Source: Epiperipatus broadwayi (Eukaryota; Animalia; Onychophora). Taken from it: a DNA stretch of 64,000 nt. The notes under the pieces were generated by a model. That model was given only the letters and a program-made list of their open reading frames with translations. It ran no database searches and had not been told where the DNA came from. The stretch spans positions 7,812,001 to 7,876,000 of the forward strand of contig JAQFVV010000008.1 in assembly GCA_028023455.1 (NCBI GenBank), read 5' to 3'. Made by a program: the position numbers and the translations under genes. Shown in pieces: positions 63,434-64,000 of the stretch; position 1 is the stretch's first letter, and every line of letters begins with the position of its first letter.

Positions 63434-64000
63434 CTAAAACATAAAAATTTTGTTACAATTAAATTAGCAAAAATTAAAATAAAATATCATCTGCTTGAAA
63501 TTAAGTCCTATATACTTATAAAAATATTATCTCTATTGTGTTCACTCTTCTTCAAAATACTCCATCTCTAATAACTTTTGGTCCTATTTCACTATTAATT
63601 TCTAAAACTTCATAATATATCCTATAGCAAAATGCAGAACCAATCAATTTTTTTCATTTTTTTATCCTCAATAATAATTTAGACTTTCCTATTCTTTATA
63701 ACACTTGATTTTTTCTCATTTTCAATTCTTGTATTTAAATTTTTTGTTTTGCTAAATTAGAAATTTATTTCAAATATATACACAAAACGTATATTTAAAT
63801 ATATAATTATAAACAAAATCAAAATTCAATTATAGTACAAAAATTATTAACCAACAGAATAATTATCCTCACTAAGAAATGAAAAGTTTTCTAAAACAAT
63901 TCTGCTTTCTAAATAATCCCATACATTGTAATGATGAATATGTACAAAATAGCCAATAATTACTCCAATTTTGGGTACTTATATTCAACATAAATGACTC

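Overview
AT-rich eukaryotic genomic DNA, probably an invertebrate (arthropod-like), dominated by introns and transposon debris. No rRNA, tRNA or CRISPR features were seen. Two host genes are visible. The first is a probable plus-strand terminal coding exon at 6516-6583 (…EDEEGWRTVKH*, reminiscent of the eIF3a C-terminus). The second is the 3' part of a minus-strand BRD8-like bromodomain gene, with six GT-AG exons joined in frame between 63433 and 25704. Mobile DNA includes: a decayed Ty3/Gypsy pol remnant (0.6-4.2 kb); a non-autonomous LTR element with ~1.9-kb LTRs (7065-13891); a Mag-like Gypsy element with a 5-bp TSD and a nested half-LTR (33429-40011); an ancient Gypsy remnant (46-48 kb); a nearly full-length RTE-X-like LINE ORF2 (20-23.5 kb) plus smaller LINE scraps; two hAT MITEs with 8-bp TSDs; and an inverted pair of Penelope GIY-YIG fragments. 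The most unusual object is a 2.7-kb Gypsy element inside a BRD8 intron (60286-62981). It has intact LTRs, TSD, PBS and PPT, but its RT-RNaseH-integrase region is replaced, in frame with the flanking pol remnants, by ~165 codons of intronless coiled-coil sequence that looks like captured host coding DNA. All alignments and identities were estimated by eye; no database searches were run.
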